A program made the translations under genes and the position numbers. Under the pieces are notes generated by a model. It was given only the letters and a program-made list of their open reading frames with translations. It was not told the origin of the DNA and searched no databases. DNA of 64,000 nt from Candidatus Poribacteria bacterium (GTDB lineage Bacteria; Poribacteria; WGA-4E; WGA-3G): NCBI GenBank assembly GCA_965197475.1, contig CBDANF010000003.1, positions 512,001 to 576,000 on the forward strand. Reading direction: 5' to 3'. Shown here piece after piece: positions 60,018 through 64,000 of this stretch (the first letter of the stretch is position 1; each line of letters starts with the position of its first letter).

Positions 60018-60247
60018 TCCTTCCTTGTGCTATTACGCGCTCATCTTGTCCCGAATCCTTATAAATTACTTTATCATTGCAAAAGACAGCGACATGTTCT
60101 GGAATTAGTGCCTGTCTAACTACTGTTGAGTAATCCATGTTGTGTGGTTTCACACGGGCAATCCTAATTACTCTTTTGATTAATTGATTGCCAACAACTT
60201 GCGTGTAATCTTTCTATACGATCTAACTTGTGAGGAGCAAAATACTA

Positions 60248-61504
60248 ATGAAAATAAGATTGAGCATTATCATCACAATCATAGGAATATGCTTTTTAAC
60301 CTTCAATGTTTTGCCGATTACCGCCCTCGCTGCTCAAAATGAAGAAATTAATCTTGAGGTTGCTATCCAAACTGCGTTGCGTGAAAATCCAGCACTCAAA
60401 GCGATACGTGAAAAAGTTAAAGTCGCACAAGCGCAACTTGATGGTATCGCTTTGTTAAGCAATCCAGAATTGGAATCCGAATTTATTGGTGGCGACCATG
60501 CTGAACAGACTCTTGAATTAACCAAAACTTTTGAACTTGGCGGACAACGCGGTCATCGAAAACAGATAGCAAAAATAAGTCTTGAAAAGGTCAACCTTGA
60601 ACTTACAGAAGAATCTTGGAAACTTACGAAATCCGTCAAACTCGCTTTTTATCAACTTGTACTCATCCAAGAAAAACTTAAGTTAGCGAAAGAGATTATC
60701 AAACATAATGAGCAGATGCTCAACATGGCACGGATTCAGTTTGAAGCTGGTGACATTTCCGTAACACAAGTAGGTCTGGCGAATATTCAGCTGCAATCAG
60801 CACTGCGCGAATCTGCTACGTTAGAAAGTGATTTGCAGTTGGCACAACTTGAACTGAACGGTTTGATGGGAACACCGCTTGATGCGACATCTACCGCAAT
60901 CGGAGGTTTACCTGAGAAAAAATCTCGGCATTTGAAACTTGATGTTTTGAAGTCGAACGCGCTTGCACATCGTGCTGACCTGAAGTCAATCAGATTAAAC
61001 GTGCAACTCACTGAAAGCACACATCGGCTTGCAAAAGCATCAAACATCCCCGATCTGAGTATCGGTGGCATTGCAGTACGTAGTTCAGGTGAGACCGGAT
61101 TCGGGGTGAAGTTTTCAATACCGTTGCCTCTTTTAGACCGAAATCGTGCTGAGATTAATGCTTCAAAGGCTCAAAAGCAGGTTGATGCGGTAGAAATAAC
61201 CAATTCCGAGAGACAAATTACCCGCGAAGTGATAGCAGCATTTATTTCTCTGAATGCTGCGCAAAAAAATCTTAAGTTTTATGATGGCAATTTACTGAAG
61301 TTGCTCAATGAAAACCTAACGCTCACACGTTCTGCCTACGAACTGGGGGAGGCAGAACTCTTGGAAGTTATCTTAATGCAAAGCGAATTCGCCAAAACTC
61401 GATTTGCTTATCTTGACGCGCTTGAAGCGTACCATAAAGCACTTGCAGAACTTGAAGCCGCTATCGGCACTTCTATCGAATTGATTATTGAAAAAGTACG
61501 ATAG
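60248..61504 (+). CDS. TolC-family outer-membrane efflux protein (CzcC-like)
   Basis: A...AL..NP.L, NPEL, ELGGQR..R, GDIS, PDL.IG, S.PLPL.DRN, AYELGE..LLEV; ATG at 60248 after GAGGAG. Confidence 0.9.
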   Translation: MKIRLSIIITIIGICFLTFNVLPITALAAQNEEINLEVAIQTALRENPALKAIREKVKVAQAQLDGIALLSNPELESEFIGGDHAEQTLELTKTFELGGQRGHRKQIAKISLEKVNLELTEESWKLTKSVKLAFYQLVLIQEKLKLAKEIIKHNEQMLNMARIQFEAGDISVTQVGLANIQLQSALRESATLESDLQLAQLELNGLMGTPLDATSTAIGGLPEKKSRHLKLDVLKSNALAHRADLKSIRLNVQLTESTHRLAKASNIPDLSIGGIAVRSSGETGFGVKFSIPLPLLDRNRAEINASKAQKQVDAVEITNSERQITREVIAAFISLNAAQKNLKFYDGNLLKLLNENLTLTRSAYELGEAELLEVILMQSEFAKTRFAYLDALEAYHKALAELEAAIGTSIELIIEKVR

Positions 61505-61552
61505 CCAGTTACCACGCACACAACGTGCTACTACATTTAAGGAGACATAAAA

Positions 61553-63508
61553 ATGCAACGCTACCTTCATTTTACACTACTTTTGTTGGGAATTTATGTT
61601 GTTACAATAGGTGGTTTGTTTCCATCAAATCACCACCTCACATTAACTTGGGCAGAAGAAGAACAGGTTAAGAATGAAAAAGGAGAAATTAAACCTGCTG
61701 AGGATGATGCCCATGATCATGGCGAACAGGGAGCTCATACACACACCGCCGAAAACTCGGTAACGCTCACCGATAAAGCAAAAGCCAACATCGGTTTAAA
61801 GACAGATGAGGCAGACCTTCGGGCTATTGAAAGGGTTGTCCAAGTTACCGGTAACATAATTGCCCATCCTGGAAGGCAGGCGATCGTCACACCAAGAATT
61901 GGCGGTATTGTGAAACGCATCCATTTTAACCTTGGCGACTCCGTAAAAAAAGGCGATGTGCTACTCGAATTGGAAAGTCTTGACTTGCAACTGGCAGAAA
62001 TTGATCTGATTGAAGCAGTAGATCAAGAGAAATCGTTAGACTCCAAATTAGCAAAACAGAAATCCGTTTTTGCGAAGCAGATACGATTGGAATTGCAAAC
62101 TCAACAAATTGACTATCTGGAATCGCTTGCTGAACTGCGGGAACAAGAAACGGCTTTTCAGAAGCATCGATCCCTTGCTATTGCAAAGACCCTCTCAGCT
62201 TTAGAAAAGATGCGCGTTGATCTTGTTAAAACTGATGTAGAACGCAAATTACTTGAAAACACGCTGAGGCGTATCGAATCTCTTACCGAAATGCGTATTT
62301 CTGCACAGAAGGAACTTATTACGCAAAAAGCAGGATACACGAAAGCAACGCACGGATTCTCGGGTGTGAAGCGGCAATTTCATATTCTCGGTGTGAGTGA
62401 GCAGACGCTTGAAAAGATTCTTAGCGATGATGGAACAACACCTATCCTGACGCTTCTCGATACAGACAGAAAAACCAAAAGCAAGGAACAAGTAAAATCG
62501 GTGCCGACAAAGCAGAACGAACATCCTGCGTTGCAGTACATTATGCTTATTGAAGAAGCAACGGAATTAATTAATGCAGAAACGGCTTACAAATCCGCTG
62601 CCATCAAAGTTAAAGCAAACAGACAACGCGCCTTGACTGTTGGCTTGACCGAAACCCATCTTGAAACACTTGCTAAAACCGCTTCGATCGTATCGTTCAA
62701 AGATTTGTCCGCCGATAAACTTATCGAAAATTACGCGCCTTTCATGACCAGCTCAGAAGCTTTAGAAGCATTGCTGCAGACGGAAGAAGCACAACGCAAT
62801 GCTAATATTGTGTTAGCAAAGGTCCAGCAGAAACTCAAAGTGTTCGGGATGACCTCTGATGAGATTGATAAGATTGTTGAAACAGGCAAATCTAATTCCC
62901 GATTTTACGTCACGGCACCAACATCAGGACAGATCATCAAGCAACAAGTCACACTCGGCGCAACTGTTGAAAAAAGCGATTCACTGTACTCAATGCTTGA
63001 CACGGATGTCGTTTGGGTTGAAGGTGAGGCTTACGAGGACACGCTTGCACTTTTACAGGACAAGTGGAAGGTAGGCAGCGAGGTTCGAATTCGCGTCCCT
63101 GCTTATCTGGGAAAAGTTTTTACAGGCAAGATTTCTCAAATATCAGCCATTGTGAACCCGGAAAAACGGACAGTCCATTTTTGGACAGTGGTTGATAATT
63201 CCACGCGTCAATTGAAACCGGGAATGTTTGCTGAACAGACACTCGTCATTGAAAAATTAGATGATGTTTTGAGCGTGCCGTTGAGTGCTGTTCTTGAAGA
63301 TGGTGCTACACAGATTGTTTTTGTTGAGTCGGGAAACACTTACGTCAAGCATGAAGTTGAGGTAGGCGCGAAGGATGACCGGTACATTGAAATCAAAGAT
63401 GGTTTGCTTGCGGGTGAACTTGTAGTCGTCCAAGGGACTCATCAACTCATGAGAGCTTCAGCAGGCACGGCAGCTGTTGTTGATCCGCACGCCGGACATT
63501 CGCATTAG
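61553..63508 (+). CDS. RND efflux periplasmic adaptor (CzcB/CusB-like), unusually long
   Basis: His-rich N-terminus, PRIGG.V.....LGD.VKKGD.L, AP.SG, VWVEG..YE, LKPGMF, VP..AV, GL..GE.VV. Confidence 0.9.
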   Translation: MQRYLHFTLLLLGIYVVTIGGLFPSNHHLTLTWAEEEQVKNEKGEIKPAEDDAHDHGEQGAHTHTAENSVTLTDKAKANIGLKTDEADLRAIERVVQVTGNIIAHPGRQAIVTPRIGGIVKRIHFNLGDSVKKGDVLLELESLDLQLAEIDLIEAVDQEKSLDSKLAKQKSVFAKQIRLELQTQQIDYLESLAELREQETAFQKHRSLAIAKTLSALEKMRVDLVKTDVERKLLENTLRRIESLTEMRISAQKELITQKAGYTKATHGFSGVKRQFHILGVSEQTLEKILSDDGTTPILTLLDTDRKTKSKEQVKSVPTKQNEHPALQYIMLIEEATELINAETAYKSAAIKVKANRQRALTVGLTETHLETLAKTASIVSFKDLSADKLIENYAPFMTSSEALEALLQTEEAQRNANIVLAKVQQKLKVFGMTSDEIDKIVETGKSNSRFYVTAPTSGQIIKQQVTLGATVEKSDSLYSMLDTDVVWVEGEAYEDTLALLQDKWKVGSEVRIRVPAYLGKVFTGKISQISAIVNPEKRTVHFWTVVDNSTRQLKPGMFAEQTLVIEKLDDVLSVPLSAVLEDGATQIVFVESGNTYVKHEVEVGAKDDRYIEIKDGLLAGELVVVQGTHQLMRASAGTAAVVDPHAGHSH

Positions 63509-63533
63509 TAATCAGTACCAAGGAGGAAAATAA

Positions 63534-64000
63534 ATGTGGTCAAAAATCACCGAAGTTTCACTCAGGAATAGGCTCCTTGTTATTTGTGGACTCATCGCTG
63601 CAGTAATTATCGGCTTCAGGATGTTTCAAACAGCACCAATTGACGTTTATCCCGATATCAATCCACCCCGGATTACTGTGCTGACTGAAGCGCATGGGTG
63701 GTCCCCCGAAGAGATGGAGACCCTTGTTACGTTACCGATCGAAAGCTCAATGAACGGTGCGCCCGATGTTACACGGGTTCGTTCATCATCAGCAATCGGT
63801 TTGTCGCTTGTTTTCGTTGAATTTGAATGGGGGATGGATATTTTCCTGGCGCGACAGATGGTCTCTGAACGACTCCAACTCGTTGGACCGAATTTGCCGG
63901 AAGGCGTTGATGCCCCAATAATTCTACCCACCTCTTCCCTGTTAGGGGAAATTCTGGAATATGCACTTATTGATGAATCAGAAGAAAAACAAAAACTTGA
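63534..64000 (+). CDS. Heavy-metal RND efflux permease (CzcA/CusA family), partial, runs off the window
   Basis: GGAGG RBS; MWSKITEVSLRNRLLV...PIDVYPDINPPRITVLTEAHGWSPEEMETLVTLPIE...RS.SAIGLSLVFVEFEWGMDIFLARQMVSERL. Confidence 0.92.
   Translation, partial: MWSKITEVSLRNRLLVICGLIAAVIIGFRMFQTAPIDVYPDINPPRITVLTEAHGWSPEEMETLVTLPIESSMNGAPDVTRVRSSSAIGLSLVFVEFEWGMDIFLARQMVSERLQLVGPNLPEGVDAPIILPTSSLLGEILEYALIDESEEKQKL

Noticed and set aside
60018-60247. Long leader before the TolC gene as a metal-sensing (NiCo) riboswitch
   Set aside because: Some short stems exist, but I cannot match the conserved NiCo four-way-junction sequence; an Rfam/Infernal scan would be needed

Overview
Bacterial chromosomal window of about 45 genes, with no rRNA, tRNA or CRISPR array seen. 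Gene content points to Candidatus Poribacteria (inference): several PhyH dioxygenases, LamG and beta-propeller proteins ending in an AVxPxx(K/R)LxTxWxxLK tail, an AAA_35/PD-(D/E)XK protein and a sulfatase. Housekeeping genes (msrB, alaS, recX, holA, larB, a ClpX-like ATPase, a GldFG/DUF4340 ABC module) are mixed with accessory loci. These are: (1) an STT3/PglB-like oligosaccharyltransferase with a variant NWEYG motif, directly downstream of two tandem secreted beta-propellers; (2) a type II Zorya anti-phage locus (zorA-zorB-zorE, zorE frameshifted) beside an AAA-nuclease gene; (3) a PhyH-PhyH-ThDP enzyme catabolic operon; (4) a nested IS cluster (39.9-47.4 kb) in which two different IS1595 elements each sit, with 8-bp TSDs, in the A-run frameshift site of an IS630 and of an IS3, while the IS630 itself splits a LamG gene; (5) surface/outer-membrane clusters (C-type lectin; PA14/Omp85/DUF4159; CARDB-prenyltransferase-fold-YdjY with an NHL propeller); (6) a Czc/Cus-type RND operon running off the right edge. 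Intergenic DNA holds several GTAG-REP-like palindromes and a MITE-like element. Several frameshifts are single-base losses in short homopolymers, so sequencing error cannot be excluded. All family calls come from motif recognition by eye, not database searches.
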